This document shows positions 1 through 9,467 of a DNA stretch of 64,000 nt, in pieces. The stretch lies in the IMG/VR virus record IMGVR_UViG_3300022862_000263; one strand, written 5' to 3'. The notes below the pieces were generated by a model. The model was not told the origin of the DNA. It searched no databases and saw only the letters and a program-made list of their open reading frames with translations. The translations under genes were made by a program, and so were the position numbers. How positions within the stretch are numbered: position 1 is the first letter of the stretch; every line of letters begins with the position of its first letter. The DNA comes from a virus (taxonomy: Duplodnaviria > Heunggongvirae > Uroviricota > Caudoviricetes).

Positions 1-70
1 TGAGCATGTGCAGCCGAAGCCGCACATGATACCCAAATGTTTCGCGAAGCACCTACAAAAGCTATGAAAA

Positions 71-622
71 TCAGATATCTGGAAGAAAATGTAAAGAATC
101 AGCCTGAGATAGCCCATACCCGCTCAGCACGCCGACAGTTGATGCGTCCGAAGCATGGCTTTGGAGGTACATTCGGAAGCGGTGGCCGTTCTCACGGCTC
201 TGGATGTTCAGCCAGGGGCTGCCGTCTGCTTCGACTTCAAGCATTTTCTTAAGACGCTTCTCGCCATCAGCCCTAGACTTAATGCGAATTCTAGAAAATG
301 CCTTGTAAGGCCCGGAAAAGTCTGGGGAAACGACCTTCGGGAAACCGGCTGTGAAGCTCTTTTCAAAGTGAGTTGAACGAGACACAAACTCATGCAGCTG
401 CACGTGATCATTTATGGTCTCGGCAAAGACCCGAAACGTGGAGATCCTCTTCTGTGGGCTCGAAGCATCGATAAAGGGCAGCGCCAGCGCGAATTTACCC
501 TTGAACTCAGAAAAGCCGGCATGCAGAGCTTTCATCAGACAGGAAGCGCCTTGAGACACCTCCTCCATGGAGGCTCGGCTGCCCACCTTGACGGTGTAAT
601 CAACGTAGGTGGCCGGAATCAT
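71..622 (-). CDS. cas6f: Cas6f/Csy4 CRISPR endoribonuclease (type I-F)
   Basis: 183 aa, the Csy4 size class. Last gene of a csy1-csy2-csy3-csy4 order with overlapping stop/start codons. C-terminal motifs resemble Csy4 (HRFRMYLQ.. vs HFRLFIRH; ..GYGLSQ vs CYGLSKGG). Confidence 0.65.
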   Translation of the reverse strand: MIPATYVDYTVKVGSRASMEEVSQGASCLMKALHAGFSEFKGKFALALPFIDASSPQKRISTFRVFAETINDHVQLHEFVSRSTHFEKSFTAGFPKVVSPDFSGPYKAFSRIRIKSRADGEKRLKKMLEVEADGSPWLNIQSRENGHRFRMYLQSHASDASTVGVLSGYGLSQADSLHFLPDI

Positions 623-1725
623 TACTTGTCACCGCCTTCGGAGTAAACGCCGCCTCGAATCAGTGAGGCGATCATGAACATGCCTTCATGGCTGTTGACG
701 TCGATGCTGTTGAGCTGGCGCATGTAAGCGAACGACGAGTCCTTCGCACCTCGGAACATTTTCTGAGCATCCAGGTTGGCGCCGCAGGGCTCTACCGAAA
801 TTGGCTGGCCATGGGACTCAAATCCTGGGTACCAGGTATCAATGGTGCGCAGTGCATTGGCCACCTTGGTGTCGCGGAATGCAGCTTGGCCAACCACGCG
901 ACTTGACTGCAGGGACATCAGGTCAGACTGAGGTTCCAGGAAGGATTCGCCGACCGCGTAGAGTGAGCGGGCAAATCCTTTTGGCTTGTCGCCACCCAGG
1001 TAGTTCTGGGAAGGAAAGACCTCCATGCCGCCGTTCATGCTGGCGCCGAAATCCAGAACAGCCATCACGCTGAAATTTTTCGTGGTTTGGCCTGCCAGGC
1101 AAAGCGCAATTTGCGTTCCCAGTTTCACCTCATCCGCAGAGTAATCTTTGAAGTGATTCATTGGTGTTTTCAGCGCGTTGAACGTCAGTTGCTCATCGCC
1201 AAAGTTCACGGTGATATTGACCTTGTTCGCGTACTGACGGTTTCTCCACAACCAGCGACCATTGGCAATGTTGCGGGCGTAGCGGTTCGCTACTTCCATC
1301 AGGCCTGCCGAGATCTCGGTTTTGGATGCGCTGCGGTTCAGGAAGTCGGTAAAGCTTGCCTTGAACGCGCCGAGGAGGGATTCATCGTCCGTTTTGGACA
1401 GGGCGCAGGAATTCAGGCCGTTTTCCAACGGGTAGAAGCTTACGCCCATCTTCACCGCCAGGGACTGGGCCGACATGTCGGTTTTCGCGCTGTCGGTCAG
1501 CTGAATGTTCGACACCTCTTGGCGGTCGCCGGTGGCTTTTTTGTTGATGTTCTGAGTGCCGCGAAGGCCACTGCGTGTAACCATCAATGGTTTCAGGGAT
1601 TTATCCGGCATAACGCTGTAGAACAGCGAATCGGTCACGTTGATTAGACGGGTGAAGGACAGAACGCCAGGAAGCTTGGAGAATTTTGCTGGTTGGGACA
1701 TGGTCTGGGGTCTCGAAATGATCAA
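622..1725 (-). CDS. cas7f: Cas7f/Csy3 Cascade backbone subunit (type I-F)
   Basis: 367 aa. Matches Csy3 blocks as remembered from the P. aeruginosa protein: IANGRWLWRNR, EVFPSQ, ANALRTIDTWYP, ASLIRGGVY at the C-terminus. Confidence 0.85.
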   Translation of the reverse strand: MIISRPQTMSQPAKFSKLPGVLSFTRLINVTDSLFYSVMPDKSLKPLMVTRSGLRGTQNINKKATGDRQEVSNIQLTDSAKTDMSAQSLAVKMGVSFYPLENGLNSCALSKTDDESLLGAFKASFTDFLNRSASKTEISAGLMEVANRYARNIANGRWLWRNRQYANKVNITVNFGDEQLTFNALKTPMNHFKDYSADEVKLGTQIALCLAGQTTKNFSVMAVLDFGASMNGGMEVFPSQNYLGGDKPKGFARSLYAVGESFLEPQSDLMSLQSSRVVGQAAFRDTKVANALRTIDTWYPGFESHGQPISVEPCGANLDAQKMFRGAKDSSFAYMRQLNSIDVNSHEGMFMIASLIRGGVYSEGGDK

Positions 1726-2528
1726 TAGGTTGTGATGGCGAATACGGTGTCGTCGATCCAGCGGCTGCGCCAGAACGGAATGGAGTCGCCTTCAAATTCA
1801 CGAATGGATACGTACTGAGCCAGGCCTAAAAGGGGCTCACCGTAGCTGTGTGCAGGGTAGGAACCATCAGACAGGCTTCTGACCCCGACAACACGCTCAG
1901 CTGGGGCGGTGATCAGCGCGTAGGCGGGCACCACCGGGGTCAGCCAAGAGTCACCGCTTTCGGGTGTTGGACGCTTGCTCAGCGCCGCTACCATGAGTGC
2001 TGCTGGGTCATCCCCCTCCAGCAATTCCTTGCGGTCGACGAGCCAATACCCGTTGCCAGGAATTGCGTCGAGCAGAGCATCGTCACTTGCACGGAATTCC
2101 TGGACGCTGGCGAAGCTTTCAATGACCCCGCCAGCGATGCGGCCACCGTTCAGGAATGACCGCACTTTTTCGAGATCTAGTTTTTCAGCGAACTCGATAA
2201 CCAGGCTGATTTTCAAGTGCGCCGTGGCCACCGGCTGCAGCGAGAGGGCCATCGTCCCGGTGACGTAGTCATTCTTGTCGATGTAGGTCGACGCTTTGCG
2301 CTGCTGGAACTGAGGCCGCTTGAAGCCGCTGTGGAAATCAGCTTCGGCCAGGTACTTGGCATCGTGATGAATCAGTGCCACACCAGAGGCATCGGAGCCA
2401 ATGCGTAGGCCCATTGCATGGGCAAAGAGGTGAACGGCCATAATCGGCGCCGCTGTCACTGCGTAATTGCTGGACAGCGCATTGGCATGGCGTACGTTAA
2501 GGTGCTTCAAAACCAGGAGATAGCTCAT
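1722..2528 (-). CDS. cas5f: Cas5f/Csy2 (type I-F), short variant
   Basis: 268 aa. N-terminus (LKHLNVRHANALSS) resembles the Csy2 N-terminus (LSIQNANAISS). Sits between csy1 and csy3 and is translationally coupled (4-bp overlaps). Confidence 0.6.
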   Translation of the reverse strand: MSYLLVLKHLNVRHANALSSNYAVTAAPIMAVHLFAHAMGLRIGSDASGVALIHHDAKYLAEADFHSGFKRPQFQQRKASTYIDKNDYVTGTMALSLQPVATAHLKISLVIEFAEKLDLEKVRSFLNGGRIAGGVIESFASVQEFRASDDALLDAIPGNGYWLVDRKELLEGDDPAALMVAALSKRPTPESGDSWLTPVVPAYALITAPAERVVGVRSLSDGSYPAHSYGEPLLGLAQYVSIREFEGDSIPFWRSRWIDDTVFAITTY

Positions 2529-3676
2529 TACAGGCAGCCCTTGACCAGGCCGGTAATCAGATTGATCTCGGCTTGTGAGTATTCGTGTTGGCGCTGCTCA
2601 TCGCTTTCGCATGTCGCGATGTGACGAGATAGCCACGATGAAAATTGGTATTTCCATTTTGCCGTCCGCTGCGAGGGATCGATCAGACCAACGCTCACAG
2701 CGTCCACATTGGCGCTGACAAGCGACTCACCTGGTAGTTGGTCTTTGTATGCGGTCAGCAGCTCATAGGCATCTGCACCGAGGCGCAGGAGATGGCGTAC
2801 AAAGCCGGAGATCAGCTTCGCGTGCTGTTCGCGAGCTTCCATATTGGCTTCGACGTTGCCTTGGCACTTGTTGCGCCAGGAGACGTATTGCGCCTGAAGG
2901 CCCTTAGGCAGGCGGGGATTTCGAATGCCGTTGTGATGCAGTGAAAAGACGCGGGAGCGCTCACTGCTCCGCGCTGGGAAGCATCCAACAATCGGCGCCC
3001 GCATAGAGAACACCAGGCCACCGGCATTCAGCGGCTTGGCGCCACCAATAGGGAAGTCAGCCAGGGTGATCCGCTTGAATGCCTGAGCCTTCCCGTCCTT
3101 GTTTTTGCGTAGCTCACTCAGTTGGAGGTTGTGCTCAACAATGGCCGTCTTGAGTTGGTGACTTACGCCGGCAGAGGAGAGGGGCGTCAAGCTGATGTAG
3201 CCGCCATCTGGTCGTGGCAGTAGGATCTGGCGGACACGCGGGGAGATCTTGTCAGCTTGCACGAAGCTCGATCTCTTGATGATCTCAAGGGAGCGCTTGA
3301 TGTGCCCAAACTCTAAGAGCGGCACGTCATCAACACGGCCTTTTGCGACATCAGCTATCTGGGAATAAATTCGCGAAGTGGCGGCGCCAGTGTAGCGATC
3401 CATCAGCACATCAATGCCATGGCCGATCAATGTCCGCACGCCCACGTATGGGAGCTTGATACCCTGTGAGGTGCCTACACGAACACCACCTGATTCAGCG
3501 TTGGTATTCACCGTCTTGAACGAGTGGTGAATGAGATGCTCAATGGCGGTGCTGTAGCTATCCAGGGGGTAGCTTTCCCAAGGCTTGAACTCTGAAGCTT
3601 CAGAGGTCGCTGATTCTTTGGTCATGGTGAAAGGGATCGTTGTCGAATTGGTGCGGCAATATATGGCAATCGTCAC
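2528..3676 (-). CDS. cas8f: Cas8f/Csy1 large subunit (type I-F)
   Basis: 382 aa. Block LLPRPDGGYISLTPLSSAGVSHQLK resembles Csy1 YFPLPGSGYHLLAPLFPTSLVHHVH. First gene of the csy operon. Start may be the internal ATG (MTKES.., ~3625). Confidence 0.6.
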   Translation of the reverse strand: MTIAIYCRTNSTTIPFTMTKESATSEASEFKPWESYPLDSYSTAIEHLIHHSFKTVNTNAESGGVRVGTSQGIKLPYVGVRTLIGHGIDVLMDRYTGAATSRIYSQIADVAKGRVDDVPLLEFGHIKRSLEIIKRSSFVQADKISPRVRQILLPRPDGGYISLTPLSSAGVSHQLKTAIVEHNLQLSELRKNKDGKAQAFKRITLADFPIGGAKPLNAGGLVFSMRAPIVGCFPARSSERSRVFSLHHNGIRNPRLPKGLQAQYVSWRNKCQGNVEANMEAREQHAKLISGFVRHLLRLGADAYELLTAYKDQLPGESLVSANVDAVSVGLIDPSQRTAKWKYQFSSWLSRHIATCESDEQRQHEYSQAEINLITGLVKGCL

Positions 3677-3759
3677 ATATCGTCAATTGCCTGCTAACCA
3701 TCGGAACGACAGGCCCGAGCCCTGTAAATCTACACTCATCCTCCAGGGCAGTCGGCTGG

Positions 3760-4215
3760 CTAGTCGAAAGCCTCTGAAAACCACAATTTCACGATTTCGA
3801 GCCTGGCTTGTGCCGAGTATAGGGCGAGCTTTCGCTCCGGGAGCCCTGCTGTCACGCTACGCAGCAGTTCAATGAACTCAGCCTCATCCGCGACTAACCT
3901 TCCATCAAGGTGGCGCAACAATGGTTTCAAGGGGCTGTCCACCAGTGCGATCTTTCTAGGCCAGCTCGGTGGGTAATCCAGTACCTCGCCGCTAGGCGTG
4001 ACCCAACGCCAATCATCGTCTCCGACTTGCTCTGCATCACCCTCCGGCGCAGCTTCCAGGAGTCTTAATCCTGAGGAGGGCCCTTCACCGCTTTCCCAGG
4101 CAGCAGCGCCATAGTACTTATTAGGTTTGGCTGCAGTCGAATCAAAGACGTTGACGGACGGAGGCTCTTCCTCGTTATGGAGAAACCAGCCGGCGCCGAG
4201 ATCAAGGTAGTGCAT
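3760..4215 (-). CDS. hypothetical acidic protein upstream of csy1 (no Cas1 or Cas2-3 features)
   Basis: 151-aa ORF sitting 84 bp upstream of csy1, where cas2-3 would be in a canonical I-F locus. No helicase or HD motifs. Confidence 0.3.
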   Translation of the reverse strand: MHYLDLGAGWFLHNEEEPPSVNVFDSTAAKPNKYYGAAAWESGEGPSSGLRLLEAAPEGDAEQVGDDDWRWVTPSGEVLDYPPSWPRKIALVDSPLKPLLRHLDGRLVADEAEFIELLRSVTAGLPERKLALYSAQARLEIVKLWFSEAFD

Positions 4216-4277
4216 TGGATACCCTTAAAGCGGATGGGGAGGTGACGCCCTGAAGCCTGCAGAAGGCAGAATATAGA

Positions 4278-4535
4278 CTCAAAACCACAAAAAGTGGAAA
4301 ACACATGCAAGCCAGGTTTTGTCGATGTCTCAACCACCTCACGATGGTGTACGCGTACCTACCGTCTTCATCAAAACCACCCGGAAGTGGTCGACGGTAA
4401 TCGCCCTTGTCAGCGATCTGGTTCCAAACCACGGTGAGTGGGGGACTTCGGAGTGATCGATGTCAAAACCACTGAATCAGTGGGTGACTGGGCGCTTTTA
4501 GTCTTCAAAACCGCATCGTGGCGGAGTAGCCAGCG
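4278..4535. repeat. array A: about 6 tandem units of ~40-53 bp, each with core tcaaaaccac-N5-9-gtgg(t) small hairpin
   Basis: Units start near 4278, 4331, 4371, 4424, 4463 and 4505. Conserved 10-bp core plus short inverted partner. The loop and inter-unit sequence vary. Confidence 0.6.
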
Positions 4536-4672
4536 CCAGGCGCAGGCAGAGTGGGGCGGAATGTATAGAGACCTGCACAACCTGTCAATATTTGGTAATT
4601 ATCCCTGATGCCTGAGGACGCGCCGACGAATATCTGCCAAAATCCGATCAGCCGAGAATCCCTCATGGAGCC

Positions 4673-5137
4673 ATGATGCCAACGTTAACCAATCTTGATC
4701 CCGAATACCTGTCACGAGACCTTGCGGTTGATGCGATTGATCGAGGTTGCTTGATAGCGCTGGTTGAAAAATGCTTACAATCTGAAAATCAGGCTTACAT
4801 TCAGGTCTACACAGGCGATGAAATCCTGAGCCATCGCATTGCGTTCATTAAGCCTGGAGAACCATGGATTGAGGAACCCATCACTCGCAAGGACGGTGCA
4901 GACCTTGCGTTGGCTATCGCCAGTGTTCTAGCGGCCCAGCGTGAGGAGAGCCCTTACGAGGTATGGATGGATGGCGGCGGGATTATTCAAACAAGCGATG
5001 GGCGCAGCGTTAAGCTAGTGGTGGCGTCATCTAGGGTCATCCCAGATGGGTATCATATACTGCTTAGAGCCTGGCCATTGACTGCCGCCCAATTGGGTTA
5101 TATTCGTGCAGAGTCTGCGAGCGAATCCCCCAACTGA
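4673..5137 (+). CDS. hypothetical protein between the two hairpin-repeat arrays
   Basis: 154-aa ORF with an ATG start and reasonable codon usage. No recognisable motifs. Confidence 0.4.
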   Translation: MMPTLTNLDPEYLSRDLAVDAIDRGCLIALVEKCLQSENQAYIQVYTGDEILSHRIAFIKPGEPWIEEPITRKDGADLALAIASVLAAQREESPYEVWMDGGGIIQTSDGRSVKLVVASSRVIPDGYHILLRAWPLTAAQLGYIRAESASESPN

Positions 5138-5529
5138 TCAGCTGATTCCAGATCTGAAGCTCTGGAGCCTTCAGCCCAGGCTCGGAAATCACTGGCGGCG
5201 CAGGTGTGAACTGGAATACCGGCATCGACATAGGCAAGCCGACCAATTGCTACGCCGTCATGGGCTTTGTAGTTCACAAGCGCTATTCCATGAGCCTCGA
5301 AGATGTTCTGGGTCTCGCGCTTCACTGCGCCGATGCTGTACATCTGGAAAGGCTTGAGCCCGTGGGTAGGGTTGGCAGGTCTGATCATTTCGAAACGCTA
5401 TGTAGCAGAGGAATTAGGTACCGGTGGGAGAAAATGGCTTTCGCAACAATCTGAGCCACTGATCAAAGACGCTGTCCTAATCTTGCCTGCAACCCTGACC
5501 AAGCGGTATGACTTCAATGGGCAGCAAGA

Positions 5530-5795
5530 AACAAACCACCTCGAGAGGTGGTGAACAACATCCGGATCGAGCGCTGGATGCTATTGAATTTGAAAACCAC
5601 CCTACGGGATGGCGAAGATGGTGGCTTTTGCCACTCCAAACCACCCCTTGGTGGTGAAATCTCGGAATCCAAGCTGACTTCAAAACCGCTGCTGCGGCGT
5701 ACCATGAAGAGGGTCTTGATCTCAAAACCACTGTAAGGTGGTGGCAAGGTTTTACCATCTTCGAAACCACATTTGCGGTGGTGAACCGGTTTGGG
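5530..5795. repeat. array B: about 6 tandem units of ~40-45 bp with the same tcaaaaccac..gtggtg hairpin core as array A
   Basis: Units start near 5530, 5590, 5634, 5679, 5721 and 5760. The core is the same as in 4278-4535. Confidence 0.6.
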
Positions 5796-5998
5796 GCTCT
5801 GGTTCTGCGTAGGGTCGTTTGAGGCGCCGGCGCCGATGATGCTTTTGATGGTGGCGAAATATAGTTACTATTCGGCATTCCGTCAATATATGCCATACGT
5901 TGACCTGATAAAGGCCTCTACGGTGTGAGCGGATCTTTTAGCAGCAGCCAGCAGGTCTGGCTTGCTCAGTTGTTGAGCCAGGCCTTGGCAGGCCTGCA

Positions 5999-6865
5999 GT
6001 GAGTTGCGCCGATCTTGAAATGTTTGATGATCGACTAAACGGCGTTATTAGGTTTTCTCAGCCCGCTATGCGGGAGTGGGCGACAAGGCGTTTCGCTACA
6101 ACGCCCCACCAGCCCGGCATGAGCTCGCCTACCTGCTGGCTCAGCCTTGCAGTTGGAGCCAGGCGAAATCTAACATTCGGTTTGGTGAGCGCTACTTTGC
6201 TGTGGCTTTTCGAGAAGGCAAGCCCGAGGTCAAAAGCTGGCCACCACCCTTATTCACCCACCTTGGTAGATCTTATGACAAGCTCAACCGCATCCTACAC
6301 TCAACTGCTGGTGCACGCGGCATTGGCTTGCTCGCACCACCGGATTTTGCAAGGTATCTACAACGGCAGTAGCCAGAGAGATCACACCAGTCACATTGGA
6401 AACGCTTACCGGAAGGCTGTCGATGCCTTGCAAAAGCTGGCCAGAGTCAGCAAGGCGTGTGGGAAAGATGCCAGGAGCTCACCGATGTATGAATCGTTCG
6501 GCGATCTTTCGTCGCACTATGAGCAAACCTACGAACAATGGCGCCCAGTGGTGTGCGATGATCTCACGCCGCGAGTGATCTTCGACGCCATGGAGAAGGG
6601 CAACAAGCTGATCTGGAGAAACTGGACAATCAGCGCCTCCCGCTATCAAGAAGTGACCGACGATTATGGGTTGCCGGCATGGGGGCGAGTGGTGACGATC
6701 ACCAGTCCAAACGGCGTGAGGGTAAAGCTCGAGCACCCTGGGCGACCTTGCTACAGGGCTCGTAAAATATTTGAATCTGTGCTTGGATACGCCTTCCAGG
6801 GTAATGACGGCCTACAAGATGACCCAATCCACCGGTACGACCAAAACGAGTGCTGCGAATACTGA
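5999..6865 (+). CDS. hypothetical protein (true start probably internal, about 6278)
   Basis: Long ORF. The C-terminal two-thirds look protein-like. The N-terminal third is overlapped by the alternative frame 6076..6372. Start unresolved. Confidence 0.3.
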   Translation: MSCADLEMFDDRLNGVIRFSQPAMREWATRRFATTPHQPGMSSPTCWLSLAVGARRNLTFGLVSATLLWLFEKASPRSKAGHHPYSPTLVDLMTSSTASYTQLLVHAALACSHHRILQGIYNGSSQRDHTSHIGNAYRKAVDALQKLARVSKACGKDARSSPMYESFGDLSSHYEQTYEQWRPVVCDDLTPRVIFDAMEKGNKLIWRNWTISASRYQEVTDDYGLPAWGRVVTITSPNGVRVKLEHPGRPCYRARKIFESVLGYAFQGNDGLQDDPIHRYDQNECCEY

Positions 6866-7373
6866 CTGCAAGGTTACTGCAGGCTCAGACTCTTTTGCGG
6901 TGAGCGGCCCTGACCTCAAAGCCATCTCTCAAGGGTTCATCACAGGTGAGCTATCAGCGGAGAAGGCCATTGAGCTGGCGCAGGATCACCACTTCCGTGC
7001 CAGGCACGAAGCGGGCCCTCCATTCTGAGTGCATGGCTCGCACACACCTCCAATCACCGTTAGCCCGTAGACGCCATGAATCAAGACGAGCCAGATTTCG
7101 TTCAGCATCTGATTACCTGTTCATTCCTTTGGGCTCAGGTGAGCTTTCTGTACATGACATTTAGATTTTCCATGGATGCTCTGTGGGGGTTTGGGCTGAT
7201 GATCCTCCGTGACGAAGCTCATGGAGCTAGCGTTATCGCATTCATCCTGACTGCGTTCATCTTCTGGATGATGGGCCGTGAGGTGAACAAGCATGCTAAC
7301 AAGAGAATGGATAGGCTCTACCCGAAAGATTGAGCTGCAACAAACGTTTTCTCTAAGGTACATATAGCAATTA

Positions 7374-7401
7374 TTGACTTGATATCATCATGATATACAA
7401 T
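7374..7401 (+). promoter_or_regulatory. sigma70-like promoter (TTGACT-16-TACAAT) with embedded 7-1-7 palindrome atatcatCatgatat
   Basis: TTGACT at 7374-7379, TACAAT at 7396-7401. The palindrome lies in the spacer, so a possible operator. About 250 nt upstream of the 7655 CDS. Confidence 0.35.
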
Positions 7402-7654
7402 GGATGTCATCAAGAACGGCTCGCCCGTTAACCCAATATGGCAGGCAATAGCTATGACGCCCTCGCACCATACGCACCTCAGGTGCGGCTCTGCATTGAA
7501 CCGCCGTGGACAGTCATGGACTGCTTCCAAACAGTAGGGCTTGTCTGCAGTAACTCATGACCGCTGGCGCTGTAATAGGCGGTAAACCATCGACGTGCAT
7601 TTTTCACCAGGTCTCAATTAGCCTGTGTGTAGCGCTCTAACGCAAGGAGAAAGA

Positions 7655-8650
7655 GTGAATATCATCATCGGACTGGTTGGCTTGGTTGCTGCCATCTTGG
7701 CTTATAAGCGAAAATCGGACATCGGCTTTGCATTTGTCGGTGTAATTTTCATGTTTTGGTTGGGCCATCAGCAGGGTAACGACCTTTGGGGGACGGTTGA
7801 ACTTGTTTTCAGATTTAACCTTCTGTACGTGGCGCTGTCGGCAGCTGCTGCTTTTCTTTTAGGTCGTGTGGCTATTCACCTGGGAGAAAAGGCAAAAAGC
7901 GAAAAAAAATCGGAACGAGATGGTGTTCTGAAAGGGATGAGCCTAGTCGTAGGCCGAATCTTGCAGACCAACAGTAACACTACAGTATTAACTGATGTCA
8001 ACCTGACCCGGAACGTATTTGGAGGACTCCAGGCCGATACGACCCATGACGTTCAAGTAACACACAACACGTGGTTGCGCGATCTCAATACCAATCGTGA
8101 GGTGAATTACACTGGAAGTGGGCAGCTTAGGGCCCGTGTAGGCCATATTTTTGGAACGATGAGCTGGAGAGGTGACAGCTTAATTGATCACAATTTTTCT
8201 ACAGGCAGAACCTATTCGGCGCAGGCGACTTCTACCAACATTATCCTTTCGGTAATTTTCTCGCTCGTGATGATTATTTTTGGATGGGCTCTTTTCCCAA
8301 TTTTTGCTCTTGCTTCTCCTCTTGTGTGGGCTGGTTTAATGCGGTGGAAGGGTGGTGCGATATATCTTGATCGCGCAATACCTGGGGTTAATCGTCTGGA
8401 ATCAATATTTACATACGGCGGCGGAGTTATTTACTTAGCAGTCTGGCTGTATCTATTCAACTATCAGCGAGGAAGTGTTGATGATTTCATTGCAGCTGGG
8501 TCTATTGTCTTTGTTGCTTTAGTTGCATTGCATCAATACGTTGTTCGAACGGCTAAGACTCGTCACGATGCTTTAATTACTGCGGGTAACGCTGAACTTG
8601 CTCGCCTCTATCACAAGGCTGAATATAAGTTGCCAACCGAAGTTTGCTGA
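7655..8650 (+). CDS. hypothetical integral membrane protein
   Basis: GTG start 6 nt after AAGGAG (7644-7649). Hydrophobic helices at both ends and an Asn/Thr-rich central region. Lower GC than the neighbours. Confidence 0.5.
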   Translation: MNIIIGLVGLVAAILAYKRKSDIGFAFVGVIFMFWLGHQQGNDLWGTVELVFRFNLLYVALSAAAAFLLGRVAIHLGEKAKSEKKSERDGVLKGMSLVVGRILQTNSNTTVLTDVNLTRNVFGGLQADTTHDVQVTHNTWLRDLNTNREVNYTGSGQLRARVGHIFGTMSWRGDSLIDHNFSTGRTYSAQATSTNIILSVIFSLVMIIFGWALFPIFALASPLVWAGLMRWKGGAIYLDRAIPGVNRLESIFTYGGGVIYLAVWLYLFNYQRGSVDDFIAAGSIVFVALVALHQYVVRTAKTRHDALITAGNAELARLYHKAEYKLPTEVC

Positions 8651-8765
8651 GTTAGGGGCGCCTCTCAGGCGCCTCTTATCGGATTTGGAGTTGGCAGCAA
8701 AGTCACCCAAGTGGGAGCGCGGATTGGTTCGCGAAATATGGCTAGAATGGCGGTAAATTCAGTAG

Positions 8766-9467
8766 TCACGTGTGGTTCATCCGAACGAACTTCAAAACCT
8801 CATCACTCGCCGACACGCCTATGGCGATCTTTACGTGCCTACCAGCTACAAGAGCAATGTCGCAGGCGCTAGAAGCTGTCTCGCTGATCGCGGCAATCTC
8901 GCTCATCAATGTGAGCATATAGGAAACCACGGTCTGCCTGACCTGGCTAGCAGGCAGTGATTCTAGAGCTGCCGTAACCACGTCCTGCAGCGAGGCCTGC
9001 AACGCCTGAGCTTGCTCCAAGGAGAAACCGCCAGGGAAGCATATGACCTTTCCCTCGGCTAGGACGCATAAGGATTCGGCGCTGCAGTCTTGGTGGAAGT
9101 ACACAAACCTGGTGACCAATTTATCATTCTCAGCGGTTGGATACGTGAACATCCAGGACGTTTCGGCCAAATCGGCCTGTAGGTAGGGGCTGTCAGCATT
9201 GTCCTTTGAAAACGAGGTGCGGACATTCAATATCGAATCCAGTATGTCTTCAGAACTGCTGAATCCATTGTCCCTGGCACGTGATTTCACAGGTTCTAGC
9301 ATTGTCGTCAAGCCAGTACCAGTGATTACGCCAACCTGAGTCCGAACAATTTTCTCTTCGTTGTCTCCTAAAGGTATTCTCAAGCCATCCTGGGTGATGC
9401 AGCTGACGCGCTTGTCGGCTGCAATGATGACCTCATCTCCTAGATGCGCAACCAAAATACAGGTCAT
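8766..9467 (-). CDS. putative Ntn-hydrolase/proteasome-like (HslV/Anbu-like) protein
   Basis: 233 aa. Begins MTCILVAHLGDEVIIAADKRVS, like the Thr1-nucleophile N-termini of HslV/proteasome beta homologs (TTIVSVRR..VVIAGDGQ). Confidence 0.35.
   Translation of the reverse strand: MTCILVAHLGDEVIIAADKRVSCITQDGLRIPLGDNEEKIVRTQVGVITGTGLTTMLEPVKSRARDNGFSSSEDILDSILNVRTSFSKDNADSPYLQADLAETSWMFTYPTAENDKLVTRFVYFHQDCSAESLCVLAEGKVICFPGGFSLEQAQALQASLQDVVTAALESLPASQVRQTVVSYMLTLMSEIAAISETASSACDIALVAGRHVKIAIGVSASDEVLKFVRMNHT

Noticed and set aside
1-70. Looked for a I-F CRISPR repeat/array downstream of cas6f
   Set aside because: Only 70 bp remain before the window edge and they contain no 28-bp I-F-like repeat. 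The array, if any, lies outside the window.
1087-1647. 186-aa plus-strand ORF inside csy3
   Set aside because: Antisense shadow ORF within a well-supported Cas7f gene. High-GC frame artefact.
4278-5795. Considered whether the hairpin-repeat arrays are an atypical CRISPR array
   Set aside because: Periodicity is ~44 bp, the conserved core is only ~10 bp, and the hairpin partner varies. There is no 28-37 bp conserved repeat and no ~32-bp unique spacers.
5477-5896. 139-aa minus-strand ORF and other small ORFs across repeat array B
   Set aside because: Reading frames are created by the tandem repeats and give low-complexity repetitive peptides. Not credible genes.
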